Below, piece after piece: positions 1-10,264 of a stretch of 64,000 bases of DNA. The stretch is from Acidimicrobiia bacterium. GTDB taxonomy: Bacteria > Actinomycetota > Acidimicrobiia > Acidimicrobiales > JANYDT01. Numbering within the stretch: position 1 is the stretch's first letter; the number at the start of each line of letters is the position of its first letter. The notes below the pieces were generated by a model. The model was not told the DNA's origin. It saw only the letters and a list, made by a program, of their open reading frames with translations, and did no database searches. The stretch spans positions 16,852 to 80,851 of the forward strand of contig JANNBN010000130.1 of assembly GCA_031385545.1 (NCBI GenBank), written 5' to 3'. A program made the position numbers and the translations under genes.

Positions 1-435
1 GATCCCTCCGTTCACCGCTCGGCCGCGCCCTGCGTTGAGCGGGTCGATCCGCAGTCGCGCCCACGTGAGGTCGAGGAACGAGAGGGCGGCCACGATGGTC
101 ACATCGATATTCGGGTTGGCCAGCAACAACTCGACGGTGTGCTCGGCAACCATCGGCGACCCAGGGACCGCGTACAGCACCGGTTGTGGGAACGATTCGT
201 GTGCGGCCTGCACCACCGCGTCGACGATTGCGGCATATACCGCCTCGAACGACGGAAGGGTTTCGTACAGGTGGTCGAAGCTTTTGGCCCCGTCGACAAC
301 ACCGGCCGACGGATGACGGCTGGTACGCAGCAGGCGGACCGGGCACGCCGCGATTGCATCGAGCGTGCCGGTGGTGAGCAGGTCAGGGCCGCCGGGGCCG
401 AGGCCGACGACGATGACCGAGGGCCGCCGGCCCAT
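1..435 (-). CDS. Partial CDS (first ~145 aa; continues past the left edge): SAM/tetrapyrrole-methylase-fold N-domain of a YabN/MazG-type protein
   Basis: Absent from the ORF track because it runs off the window. Reverse translation from ATG at 435..433 gives MGRRPSVIVVGLGPGGPDLLTTGTLDAI...YAVPGSPMVAEHTVELL. The start shares one base with the stop of the upstream PPIase gene (TGATG). A mazG-type gene downstream of mfd is common synteny. Confidence 0.6.
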   Translation of the reverse strand, partial: MGRRPSVIVVGLGPGGPDLLTTGTLDAIAACPVRLLRTSRHPSAGVVDGAKSFDHLYETLPSFEAVYAAIVDAVVQAAHESFPQPVLYAVPGSPMVAEHTVELLLANPNIDVTIVAALSFLDLTWARLRIDPLNAGRGRAVNGGI

Positions 436-1487
436 CAGCTCTGCGGGAGAAGACCCGCGACGGTGGTGGTGGCTACGCCCGGCGTGGGACGCACGTCGAT
501 CTGCGGAATGCCACCGGTGGAGTTGAGCACGGCGTACTTGGGGTTGATCACGGTGCCCGCTGCTTTTGCTCGCGTCACCAGAGCGGTACGAACCTCTTCC
601 ACACCGGCCTGCTGCACGGCCTGCTTGGCCTGCGCCTCGGTCTCAGCACCCCATTTGGCTGTGTCTCGCTTGGACACGAGGATGAGGTGATAGCCGAAGT
701 CGGACTTCACCGGCTGGGTGACCTCGTCGATCTTCGCTGCCGCTGCGGCCGTGGAGAACTCCGCGACGTAGGTGGACAACGGCTGGCAGCCAAGGTCGCC
801 ACCGGAGTCTTTGCTGCCAGGATCGGTGCTGACCGCTGCGGCAACCTTGTCGAACGTTTCGCCGCCGGTGATTCGGGACCGTGCGGTCTTCGCCTCGGCC
901 TCGGTCGCCACCAGGATGTGCTTCACGCACGCCGTGGTGAACTTGTCAGGGTTCTTGTCGAAGTACGCCTTGGGGTCACCGCCGGCATCAAGCAGCAGGG
1001 CCTCGATATAGCGCTGCGTAAGCACCTGCGTATCGCGGTACTTCGCGGGGTAGGCGTTGAGCGTCTCCTCGCCACCAGGCGTACCTTGGGCCAGGTTCTG
1101 CGTGAACGTTGCGGTCATCTCGGCCGGTTTGAGCTTGCGACCCTTTGCCTCTTCTTGGATCAACGCGTTGAAGTAGCGGTTCTGCAGCACGTAGGCGACC
1201 AACTCGGGCGAGTACTTCTTGCCGATGTTGGCGTCCTTCTGCGTGGTCGTCTTCCAACCGGCCGTGAACGATGGGATGTCGGACACCATCTTCAGCTCGG
1301 CTTCGAGTTCGGAGGCTGACATCGGCGCCAACTTGCCGGAGATCACGGCCTGGCTGGAGCCGGAAGACGAACCACAGGCGCTGAGCAACCCAGCCAGTGC
1401 AATCGCAATCGGCGCGACGATGGCAAGCGGAGCGACGGTGAAGCCCGATCGGCGGAGGCGAGTAGAGGCGGTCAGACGGAGGCGCAC
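435..1487 (-). CDS. Parvulin-type peptidyl-prolyl isomerase lipoprotein (SurA/PrsA-like)
   Basis: 350 aa. Signal peptide with lipobox LLSAC. SurA-like N-region. C-terminal parvulin motif SDFGYHLILV. Confidence 0.75.
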   Translation of the reverse strand: MRLRLTASTRLRRSGFTVAPLAIVAPIAIALAGLLSACGSSSGSSQAVISGKLAPMSASELEAELKMVSDIPSFTAGWKTTTQKDANIGKKYSPELVAYVLQNRYFNALIQEEAKGRKLKPAEMTATFTQNLAQGTPGGEETLNAYPAKYRDTQVLTQRYIEALLLDAGGDPKAYFDKNPDKFTTACVKHILVATEAEAKTARSRITGGETFDKVAAAVSTDPGSKDSGGDLGCQPLSTYVAEFSTAAAAAKIDEVTQPVKSDFGYHLILVSKRDTAKWGAETEAQAKQAVQQAGVEEVRTALVTRAKAAGTVINPKYAVLNSTGGIPQIDVRPTPGVATTTVAGLLPQS

Positions 1488-1505
1488 GGGAGTCGAGCCT
1501 ACCCG

Positions 1506-4500
1506 TTAGACCCTGGGAAAGAGTTCGCCCAGAAAGGTGACCAGGAACTCGCACACGTCGGTCTTTGGCTTCATCGGCAGGATCAACAGGTTGTCAGCGG
1601 GCTTCCAGACCGCTGTCTTCACCAGCCGCTGCAGGCGGATCTCCTGGCTGGTCTTGAGCGTGAGCGGCGAAATCCGTGCAGCCAGGGCCCCTGGCATCAT
1701 GCCACCCGACATGCCTGCCGGGCGGGTGACCGTGACGTCGCGGATGCCGATTCGCACGCACTCGGCGCGGAGCGTCGCAACGTCGAGCAGCACCGCCGCC
1801 AATGCGGGGACAGGACCGTAACGGTCGATCCATTCCTTGCGGATGTCCTCGACCCCTGCGATGGACGTGACCTCGGACAGCCGGCGATACGCCTCGAGGC
1901 GCAGCGGCTCTTTCGCGATGTAGTCGTGGGGAATGTTGGCATCAACCGGAAGTTCCAGTCTGATCTCGGCAGGTTCGCGTACCGGTTCGCCCTTCAGCTC
2001 GCCGACCGCTTCGATCACCATCTGGCTGTACAGGTCGTAGCCGACCGCAGAAATGTGGCCGCTCTGGTCACCGCCCAGCAGGTTGCCGGCGCCACGGATT
2101 TCGAGGTCTCGCATCGCGATCTTGAACCCGGAACCCAACTCTGTGTGCTCGCCGATGGTCTTCAACCGCTCGTATGCATCTTCGGACAGTTGCATCCCTT
2201 CCGGATAGAAGAGATATGCGTACGCACGATGCCCGCTACGGCCGACCCGGCCCCGCAACTGGTGCAACTGCCCCAGCCCCATTCGGTCGGCCCGGTCGAC
2301 CACCAACGTGTTCACCGTCGGCATGTCGATCCCGGTCTCGATGATGGTGGTGCAGACCAGAACGTCGAACTGACGGTCCCAGAAGTCGTAGACGACCTGT
2401 TCGAGCGTGCCTTCGTCCATCTGACCGTGAGCGATTGCTATGCGCGCTTCTGGAATGAGCGCCTTGAGCTGCTCTGCCTTGTAGTCGATGTCCGACACTC
2501 GGTTGTGGACGTAGAACACCTGGCCTTCGCGCAGCAGTTCTCGCCGTATCGCCTCGGCAACAGCCCGGTCGTCGTACTCGCCCACGTAGGTGAGGATGGG
2601 CTGGCGCTCGGCCGGCGCCGTGTTGAGCAGCGTGAGGTCGCGGATACCTGTGAGCGCCATCTCAAGTGTGCGGGGGATGGGCGTTGCGGTGAGCGTGAGC
2701 ACGTCGACCATGTTGGCGAGCTGCTTGATCGCTTCTTTGTGTGTGACGCCGAAACGCTGTTCTTCGTCGACCACCAGCAGACCGAGCCGCTTGAACACCA
2801 CATCGGAGCCGAGCAGCCGGTGGGTGCCGACCAGCACGTCGACCTCGCCATCGTGCAGCGCGGTGATCACCTTGCGTTGCTGCGCCGGGGTAAGGAAACG
2901 CGACAGCACCTCGACCCGCATGGGGTAGTTGGCGAACCGCTCGGAGAAGGTGGTGAAGTGCTGCTGCGCCAGCAGGGTGGTCGGAACCAGGATGGCTGCC
3001 TGCTTGCCGTCCTGCACGGCCTTGAACACGGCCCGAATGGCCACCTCTGTCTTGCCGAAGCCCACGTCGCCGCACACCAGGCGGTCCATGGGCTGCGGGG
3101 CTTCCATGTCAGCCTTGACGTCTTCGATCGCCTTCAACTGATCTGGCGTTTCGGCGTACGGGAACGCCTCTTCCATCTCGTGCTGCCACGGCGTGTCCTG
3201 CCCGAACGCATGGCCAGGTGTGGAGATACGCCGTTGATACAGCACGACCAACTCCTGCGCGATCTCTCGCACAGCTGCACGCACCCGCGCCTTCTGTGTC
3301 GCGAAGTCTTTCCCACCAAGCTTGTGCAACGACGGAGGTTCACCGACGTAGGGTCGCACCGCGTCGATCTGGTCCGAGGGCACATACAGCTTGTCGTCGC
3401 CGCGATAGCTGAGCAGCAGATAGTCACGCTCGACGCCACCGATCTTGCGGGTGACCATCCCTTCGAATCGGCCGACGCCGTGGACGTGGTGCACGATGTA
3501 GCTGCCAGGTGTCAGCCCGTCGAAGAACGTCTGAGCTTCTCGTTTGCGCGACTTGGCCCGACGGTGGGCGCGTCGACGGCCGGTGAGGTCTGTCTCGGCA
3601 AGGACGGCCAGTTTGATGGCCGGCATGATGAAGCCGCGCTCGATCGGCTGCACAACGATCTGCACGCCTCGGGCTGCGCCACTGCTGGTTGGGCGGACCT
3701 CGGGTTCGTAACCGGCCGGCACAACCTGGGCACCCACGCCGACCTCGCGCAGCACTGCTTGCAAACGATCGGCCGACGCCTCGCCATCTGCTGCCACCAT
3801 CACCTGGTATCCGTCCATCAACAGCCCTCGCAACTGCGAGATGAGTACCGATGAATCCCCCTGCACGGGCGTCCAGCCCATCGCAGGGACAACGGCCGTG
3901 TCGGGTCCCTCGGGAGCTGAGGTGAGCGACCAGACCGGGGCCGAGGTGTGCGCGAGAAGCCGATCGAACGGAAGATGCAACTGTGGGAAGACTCCATCGC
4001 CGGTTGCGACACCTTCGGAGGAGACCGCGCCCCACGTACGAGAGAGTGCACCAGCGAGCGCAGCTTCCTCGTCGACCAGTTCCGCTGCCCGGTCGCGCAT
4101 CCGCCGCGGTTCCATCAGCACGACGAGGGCATCGCGTCCGATGATGTCGGAGATGAGATGCTCGTCCTCCGTGAGCCATGGCAGCCAGGACTCCATACCA
4201 TCCCACGTGCTGCCCTGTACCAGGCGTTCCCACTGGGTGCGGCCCCACGGCTCGGAGGTCATCAGCAACTCGGCCCGCTGTTTCACTTCGTCGTTCGGTC
4301 GCAGTTCACGGCAACCGAAGAGTTCGACGGACGCGATGTCGTCCAGCGAGCGCTGATCCTGGATGCTGAACGTGGACAGCCTGTCCACCTCGTCGCCCCA
4401 CAGGTCGATGCGCACCGGCATGTCGGCGGTGCTGGGGAATACGTCCACGATCGATCCGCGTACGGCCAGTTCGCCTCGGTGCTCGACCTGGTACTCACGC

Positions 4501-4994
4501 CGATAGCCGAGGTTCACCAGTTCTTCGACCAAGCGGCTCTGGTCGACCATGTCTCCCTGTCGAACAACGACGGGAGCGGTGTCTTCGACGTGGGGGCCAA
4601 GGCGCTGCAACGCGGACTTGACCGACGCAACCAGCACCATCGGGCACTGGTCTTCGTCGGAACCGACCGACTGCAGGTGCCACATGGTGCGGAGGCGGCG
4701 ACCCATGGTCTCGACGCTGGGGCTGACGCGTTCGAACGGCAGCGTTTCCCACGCAGGGAACACGTCGACGTTGTTCTCACCAAGATATGCGCGCAGATCA
4801 AGAGCGAGACGCTCGGCATCGTTGGAGGTGGCCGTGAGCACCACGAGGGGTCGCCTGCCGCTGACGCGGGCGAGGCCGGCCAAAACGAACGCGCGGGCCG
4901 GATCGGCAACCGCCAGCAACGCGGTCCGCAGGCCGGCGATGTCGGCAAGCGTGGGATCGTTCTCCAGCAGTTCGAGAAGTGGAGCGAGCGTCAT
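1506..4994 (-). CDS. mfd: Transcription-repair coupling factor Mfd
   Basis: Helicase motifs [21 protein letters not shown] and HGQM, a CarD-like region and a TRCF C-terminal domain. Start trimmed from track position 5222 to the ATG at 4994 ([10 protein letters not shown]), which forms an ATGA overlap with the stop of the upstream gene (4991). Confidence 0.95.
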   Translation of the reverse strand: MTLAPLLELLENDPTLADIAGLRTALLAVADPARAFVLAGLARVSGRRPLVVLTATSNDAERLALDLRAYLGENNVDVFPAWETLPFERVSPSVETMGRRLRTMWHLQSVGSDEDQCPMVLVASVKSALQRLGPHVEDTAPVVVRQGDMVDQSRLVEELVNLGYRREYQVEHRGELAVRGSIVDVFPSTADMPVRIDLWGDEVDRLSTFSIQDQRSLDDIASVELFGCRELRPNDEVKQRAELLMTSEPWGRTQWERLVQGSTWDGMESWLPWLTEDEHLISDIIGRDALVVLMEPRRMRDRAAELVDEEAALAGALSRTWGAVSSEGVATGDGVFPQLHLPFDRLLAHTSAPVWSLTSAPEGPDTAVVPAMGWTPVQGDSSVLISQLRGLLMDGYQVMVAADGEASADRLQAVLREVGVGAQVVPAGYEPEVRPTSSGAARGVQIVVQPIERGFIMPAIKLAVLAETDLTGRRRAHRRAKSRKREAQTFFDGLTPGSYIVHHVHGVGRFEGMVTRKIGGVERDYLLLSYRGDDKLYVPSDQIDAVRPYVGEPPSLHKLGGKDFATQKARVRAAVREIAQELVVLYQRRISTPGHAFGQDTPWQHEMEEAFPYAETPDQLKAIEDVKADMEAPQPMDRLVCGDVGFGKTEVAIRAVFKAVQDGKQAAILVPTTLLAQQHFTTFSERFANYPMRVEVLSRFLTPAQQRKVITALHDGEVDVLVGTHRLLGSDVVFKRLGLLVVDEEQRFGVTHKEAIKQLANMVDVLTLTATPIPRTLEMALTGIRDLTLLNTAPAERQPILTYVGEYDDRAVAEAIRRELLREGQVFYVHNRVSDIDYKAEQLKALIPEARIAIAHGQMDEGTLEQVVYDFWDRQFDVLVCTTIIETGIDMPTVNTLVVDRADRMGLGQLHQLRGRVGRSGHRAYAYLFYPEGMQLSEDAYERLKTIGEHTELGSGFKIAMRDLEIRGAGNLLGGDQSGHISAVGYDLYSQMVIEAVGELKGEPVREPAEIRLELPVDANIPHDYIAKEPLRLEAYRRLSEVTSIAGVEDIRKEWIDRYGPVPALAAVLLDVATLRAECVRIGIRDVTVTRPAGMSGGMMPGALAARISPLTLKTSQEIRLQRLVKTAVWKPADNLLILPMKPKTDVCEFLVTFLGELFPRV

Positions 4995-5752
4995 CGACTC
5001 TGGGGGCTCTGCATTCGGGCAGCCAAATCTGCGGCGGTCGGCCGGTGCGTCGAGGGCGTGAACCCGCCGAGGTGGGCGGTGTCGTTGAAGCAACGCACAC
5101 GCCACTTGCCGTTGATATGGACCAGATGGCTGAGCGAGCAGTTGTCGGCGCCGCCGAACGAGTCGGTTGCACCGGTGATTGCCTTCAGCACCGCAGCGAT
5201 GACACCACCGTGCACCACACACAGCACTCGTTCACCGCGATGGGCCTGCTCGATACGGTCGAGGGCCGCCATGCACCGTGCGGTGAGCTGCGCCGTTGTT
5301 TCGGCCCCGGGAATGTGACCCCATTCGCCTTCCTCGACGGCGCGCACCCAGCGAGGATCGCCGAGAGCCGCGTGTACCCGGGTGAGACCACCCTCCCATT
5401 CGCCGAGAAATACTTCACGCAGGTCCGGCTCGACACGAGGCTTGATGCCAAGCCGCTCGACGATCGGTGCAGCCGTCTGGTGCGTCCGGACGAGCGAGGT
5501 GACGTAGATGACATCGATGTCCTCGGTCTCGAGGCGGTCGGCGGTGAAATGGGCCTGGAACTCTCCGTCGTCGGAGAGGTTCGGGTCACCGTGCCCGTCG
5601 GTCAGCGGAAACCGGTCGGCAGCGCCACGCAGGCCTTCGGTGGCACCGTGGCGCAGCAGCAGCACGTGGGTCGATCCAGATGGTGCGGCCCAGCGAGTCT
5701 GTGCATGCGCCTCGGAACTCGCGGGTGGTGTGACGGGCCGATCCATGGTCAC
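4991..5752 (-). CDS. Histidine phosphatase family protein (phosphoglycerate-mutase-like)
   Basis: 253 aa. RHG motif (LLLRHGATEG) and distal His (VVHGGVI). Translationally coupled to mfd. Confidence 0.8.
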   Translation of the reverse strand: MTMDRPVTPPASSEAHAQTRWAAPSGSTHVLLLRHGATEGLRGAADRFPLTDGHGDPNLSDDGEFQAHFTADRLETEDIDVIYVTSLVRTHQTAAPIVERLGIKPRVEPDLREVFLGEWEGGLTRVHAALGDPRWVRAVEEGEWGHIPGAETTAQLTARCMAALDRIEQAHRGERVLCVVHGGVIAAVLKAITGATDSFGGADNCSLSHLVHINGKWRVRCFNDTAHLGGFTPSTHRPTAADLAARMQSPQSR

Positions 5753-5844
5753 GATGTTCTCATCCCCAGCACCCCGACTCGGAACGTGGTCAGCCAGCGG
5801 ATCGACCGAGGCATAGGGCTGGTCGTGGCGGTACGCTGCGGCCC

Positions 5845-6384
5845 ATGGCCAACAGCAACTTTCTGAAGCGACTCATGGATGCAGGCGTGACTTTCGGGGA
5901 GGTGACGCAAACGAAGGCCGACGAGATCTCCAAGATGCTCAAGGACAATGGGGTGAAACGCAAAGACGCCGAAGCCACCGTTGCAGCTCTCGCCGAACAG
6001 GCCCGTACCCACACGGACCGGTTCGTGAGCCGGATCAAGGCCGAAATGGCTGACCAGATCGTGCTGCTGGCTGACCGGATCGATGAGCTTGAAGATCGCC
6101 TGGAACAACTCGCTGACAAGGCATCCGCCCGGCTTCGCAACGAACCGAAGTCAGCCACTCCCGTCGCACAGACTGCGGCCGACACGTCGGGCCTAGCCGA
6201 CAGACCCGTCGCAAGAAAGCCTGCCGCGAAGAAGAGCGTGGCGAAAAAGGCCGTAGCGAAGAAGGCAACGGTCACGAAAGCCGTCCCACAGAAGGCGGCA
6301 GTCAGTAAAACCGCTGCGAAGAAGGCTCCTGCGAAGAAGGCCGGAACGAAGAAGGCCGGAACGAAAAGGGCATCCGGAAAGTAA
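5845..6384 (+). CDS. Phasin-like (COG3937-type) coiled-coil protein with a Lys/Ala-rich histone-H1-like tail
   Basis: 179 aa. Helical N-terminal half (FLKRLMDAGVTFGE...DRIDELEDRLEQL). The C-terminal ~55 aa is AKKA/PAKKA-type repeats (KKSVAKKAVAKKATVTKA...AKKAPAKKAGTKKAGTK). Confidence 0.6.
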   Translation: MANSNFLKRLMDAGVTFGEVTQTKADEISKMLKDNGVKRKDAEATVAALAEQARTHTDRFVSRIKAEMADQIVLLADRIDELEDRLEQLADKASARLRNEPKSATPVAQTAADTSGLADRPVARKPAAKKSVAKKAVAKKATVTKAVPQKAAVSKTAAKKAPAKKAGTKKAGTKRASGK

Positions 6385-6473
6385 CTGGGAGGTCCTCGCA
6401 CGCCTCGCGAATGTGTCACGTGTCGAAACCGCCGACGTGCGGAACCGCTCCCTCTCGAGACAACGTCGCCGCT

Positions 6474-6571
6474 GGGGCAACCAACATTCGCTCTCCAGCA
6501 ACCAACGTTGGTCCGGAAGTCCGATTCGAGCTGCTGAAATCCAACGTTGGTTGCTAGGTCGGCAACGTTGG
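6474..6571. repeat. Cluster of four copies (both orientations) of the dispersed CCAACGTTGG(TTGCTGAG) element
   Basis: Perfect CCAACGTTGG at 6502-6511 and 6541-6550, GCAACGTTGG at 6562-6571, degenerate CCAACATTCG at 6481-6490. The flanks AGCAACCAACGTTGG (6497-6511) and CCAACGTTGGTTGCT (6541-6555) form an inverted pair. Lies in the convergent intergenic region between 5845..6384 and pth. Confidence 0.8.
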
Positions 6572-6679
6572 AGAAGGATGGAGCCGACCCAGCTGAGTGC
6601 GGGCGAGTGTTTCGTCACGTGACAGTTGATTTCGGTCAAGAAGCTCAACAACTCGCCGAAGCGGTTCGGCTCTTCGCGG

Positions 6680-7273
6680 TCAGGGTTTGGCGTTGACCCG
6701 GGTCATCACATCGGCGAGCGGTTCGGTGACCAGGGCTTCGATCACGTCGGCAGCCTCCTGCACACACACATCGAGCAACACCCGTTCTGCACTCGGCGGC
6801 CTGCGGAGCACATAGTCAGCAGGATCCTGACGACCCGGGCGCCGACCGATCCCGACACGAACCCGCACGTACTCCGACCCACACAACGCTGACACGGACT
6901 TCAGACCGTTGTGGCCGCCGGAACCGCCACCCAGTTTGAGCTTCAACCGGGCCGACGGTAGGTCGAGTTCGTCATAGACAACGACCATCCGATCGAGCGT
7001 CACGCCGCTGCGCGTCAACAGGGGCTTTGCGGACTCACCCGACAGGTTCATGAACGTCTGCGGGAACGCAACCGTGACCCGCTGGCCGGCGATGCGAATG
7101 TCGGCCATGAGCGCCCGTTCCTTGCCTGCTTTCAGGCGCACGCCATATCGGTCAGCGAGCAGCGCAACAACTTCGGCACCCAGATTGTGACGGGTACCCG
7201 CATACTCGGCGCCGGGGTTGCCCAGCCCGAGGACGAGCAGATGGGCAGGCTCGCGCTGCTGGCGCCCCAGCAT
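6680..7273 (-). CDS. pth: Peptidyl-tRNA hydrolase
   Basis: 197 aa. N-terminal LLVLGLGNPGAEYAGTRHNLG signature. Conserved position next to rplY and prs. Confidence 0.9.
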   Translation of the reverse strand: MLGRQQREPAHLLVLGLGNPGAEYAGTRHNLGAEVVALLADRYGVRLKAGKERALMADIRIAGQRVTVAFPQTFMNLSGESAKPLLTRSGVTLDRMVVVYDELDLPSARLKLKLGGGSGGHNGLKSVSALCGSEYVRVRVGIGRRPGRQDPADYVLRRPPSAERVLLDVCVQEAADVIEALVTEPLADVMTRVNAKP

Positions 7274-7306
7274 GACCGTGCCCGATGCGCAACGGCGACG
7301 GGTGGA

Positions 7307-7597
7307 TCAGACGAGTTTGAGATCGAGGTGACGGGCGTTGCGACGCACGGGGTCACGCTGGATCTCTTGCATCTTGACGACGAGGTTCTTGCCGTCGAGC
7401 ACGATAGTGAACGGCTCGGTGCGGCTCTCCATGGTCTTGAATGCCATCGACACTTCGTGGTGGTCGAGCGAGATGCAAACAGGCTCGGTGCCGTTGCCGT
7501 ACACGATGCCGGGCAATTTGCCGGCCGTCCGCAGGCGGCCGGACGCGGCGGAACCGGTCTGGGTGCGAAGTTCAGCGTTGAGCGTGATGTCGGCCAT
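7307..7597 (-). CDS. rplY: 50S ribosomal protein L25, short single-domain form
   Basis: 96 aa: MADITLNAELRTQTGSAASGRLRTAGKLPGIVYG... Only the N-terminal L25 domain is present. Just 33 nt separate it from pth, so there is no room for a Ctc C-domain. Confidence 0.85.
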   Translation of the reverse strand: MADITLNAELRTQTGSAASGRLRTAGKLPGIVYGNGTEPVCISLDHHEVSMAFKTMESRTEPFTIVLDGKNLVVKMQEIQRDPVRRNARHLDLKLV

Positions 7598-7617
7598 GGC
7601 GTTGAAGGTCCTTCGGA

Positions 7618-7673
7618 ACAGATCTTGGGATCAAGATCTCGGGTACAAGATCTCGGGAACAAGATCTCGGGTG
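7618..7673. repeat. Four tandem 14-nt units (CAAGATCTCGGGnn) in the rplY upstream leader
   Basis: Units at 7618-7631 (degenerate), 7632-7645, 7646-7659 and 7660-7673. Each carries the AGATCT palindrome. Located 21-76 nt upstream of the rplY start codon, between prs and rplY. Confidence 0.85.
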
Positions 7674-7762
7674 CAGCTTGCAAAGCACGCCAGGAAACCA
7701 CGGCTGTGCAGAGCCCTGCAATGGTAGCCGCTCAATCCTGGGTGCCGAACCGGACCAGCGGA

Positions 7763-8734
<972 letters not shown>

Positions 8735-8828
8735 CAACGTGTTTCCATCAGTCGAGCGAGCTCCGGGCGAAGTGGGTGACTTCCCCACACTACCGATTCG
8801 TTTTGACCCCGTCCGATGCGAACGGACG

Positions 8829-10007
8829 TCAGGCGGTGAACGATGGACCGGTTCGTACTCCGGGAGCAACCTTGGAGCCCGGCTCGAGCACTGCGAACGG
8901 CCCGACCACGGCTCCCGCGCCGATGTGGGCCGAGCGCGCAACGCTGTTCTCGACCGTTGCGCCTTCGCCGACCATGGTGTCCACGAGGCGACAATCCGGG
9001 CCGATCTCGGCTCCGGCACCGACGTGTGTCGACCCCTGCAGCATCGTTCCAGGAAACAGGGTGACGTCTGCAGCAATGTGAACGGTTGCGTCGACGTACG
9101 TGCGCATTGGGTCGATCATGGTGACGCCGCTCGCCATCAGCGATGCATTGGTGCGGCGTCGCAGTTCCGCTTCGACATCGGCCAGGTGCACGCGGTCGTC
9201 GACACCCATGGCTTCGCCTGCGTTGTCGACCAGGACCGTTCCAACCGAATAGCCGGCGTCGACCAGAACACTGATGACCTCGGACAGCGACCCGCCTGAG
9301 CCGTCCCGGGTGATCCGGCGAAGTGCCGGTGCGAGCAGGTCCAGGTGGATCACCATCACTCCGGTATCGCACTCGTGGTCCGTTTTCGAGTCCCAGTCGT
9401 GGTGCATCTGCGCCACGTCGGGGGCGACGACGGCTTCAACCCGACCGCCGCGCCCGCGCACGATGATGCCGTGGCCGTCGGGGTCGACCAGCGACGCCGT
9501 GAGGATGGTAGCGATGTGGCTGCTTCCCCGGTGTGCGTCGATCAGCGCTGCAATGGTGTCGTGCGTGATGAGCGGTCGGTCGCTCGGGAGCACAACCAGG
9601 TCTGTCACATCGGCACGGTCGGCCGCGCCGAACGCATGGTGGGCCCGTACGGTCGGCAGCACGTCGAAGTCGTCGTCGAGTGCCGTGACCGCCACGGCGA
9701 CAGCGTCGGCAGAGCCCAGCGGATGCGACTGGGTGACCACCGAGATGGTCATCTCGGGAGCGGCTTCCTGCTGCAGAACCTTGGCGACGCGGTCGATACC
9801 GCTGGACACCACCACCACCGCCCGTTCGACACCGGCCCTCTGGAGCGTGTCCAGCGCATGGCCGGCCAACGTGCGGCCGCAGATCCGGTGCAGTGGTTTC
9901 GGACGAGCAGACCGCATGGCGTGCGCGTCGCCTGCGGCCATCACGATGCCGACGAACGAGTGGGCCTCTCCCGGACGTGGGGTTGGCAGTTGTGTAGCTG
10001 GCGACAT
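8829..10007 (-). CDS. glmU: GlmU-like protein (nucleotidyltransferase fold plus a short left-handed beta-helix), divergent and C-terminally short
   Basis: 392 aa from the ATG at 10007 (MSPATQL). It holds the syntenic glmU position upstream of prs. The signature reads MAAGDAHAMRSARPKPLH rather than the usual AAGxGTRMxSxxPKxLH. The hexapeptide-repeat region ends after about 95 aa. Confidence 0.7.
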   Translation of the reverse strand: MSPATQLPTPRPGEAHSFVGIVMAAGDAHAMRSARPKPLHRICGRTLAGHALDTLQRAGVERAVVVVSSGIDRVAKVLQQEAAPEMTISVVTQSHPLGSADAVAVAVTALDDDFDVLPTVRAHHAFGAADRADVTDLVVLPSDRPLITHDTIAALIDAHRGSSHIATILTASLVDPDGHGIIVRGRGGRVEAVVAPDVAQMHHDWDSKTDHECDTGVMVIHLDLLAPALRRITRDGSGGSLSEVISVLVDAGYSVGTVLVDNAGEAMGVDDRVHLADVEAELRRRTNASLMASGVTMIDPMRTYVDATVHIAADVTLFPGTMLQGSTHVGAGAEIGPDCRLVDTMVGEGATVENSVARSAHIGAGAVVGPFAVLEPGSKVAPGVRTGPSFTA

Positions 10008-10071
10008 GATGTGATCCCGTCTACCACAGGCACCTGAGCACATGGTGCAAACCACATCGGCAGCCGACGTG

Positions 10072-10113
10072 CCCGGGGTAAACCCGGAAAACCCCGGAAA
10101 CCCGGAAAACCCG
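10072..10113. repeat. CCCGGAAA(A) short tandem repeat between tRNA-Gln and the glmU-like start
   Basis: cccggggtaaa, cccggaaa, ccccggaaa, cccggaaaa, cccgc. Alternative CCGGG/CCCGG and CCGGGG/CCCCGG pairings are possible. Confidence 0.7.
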
Positions 10114-10124
10114 CAGGCGTACAG

Positions 10125-10195
10125 TTCCGGGAGAAGGATTCGAACCCTCATTCTCTGGATCAAAACCAGATGTCCTGCCCTTGGACGATCCCGGA
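10125..10195 (-). tRNA. tRNA-Gln (anticodon UUG)
   Basis: Manually folded from the reverse complement. Acceptor TCCGGGA/TCCCGGA, D-arm GTCC..GGAC, anticodon arm TCTGG-TTTTGAT-CCAGA (anticodon TTG), T-arm GAGGG-TTCGAAT-CCTTC, discriminator A. No encoded CCA. Confidence 0.85.
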
Positions 10196-10264
10196 GCGAC
10201 GCTGCCGCACATGAACGATACAACCCGACGTCGGACGCCTCGGGCAGTTCCGGCACCCGGCCGG

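Noticed and set aside
1926-3854. A 642-aa plus-strand ORF antisense to mfd. Similar long antisense ORFs are 7187..8779, 15959..17773, 20238..21512, 47224..48372, 53688..55361, 55735..57252 and 61691..62962.
   Set aside because: Each lies opposite a gene with unambiguous conserved motifs. Their products are His/Arg/Gly/Asp-rich with no motifs. They are high-GC stop-codon-poor artefacts.
4995-5222. N-terminal extensions of several track ORFs: mfd to 5222, prs to 9076, glmU-like to 10370, rsmA to 15249, tatD to 16010, ychF to 21731, hydratase from 22010, glmS to 44048, transglutaminase to 48383.
   Set aside because: The extensions overlap upstream genes and are Arg/Pro-rich. Internal ATG or GTG codons coincide with the conserved protein N-termini and with ATGA/GTGA stop-start overlaps.
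6413-6622. A 69-aa ORF with recurring NQRW peptides.
   Set aside because: The NQRW recurrence is just the translation of the CCAACGTTGG repeat copies. The ORF spans a convergent intergenic region full of repeats.
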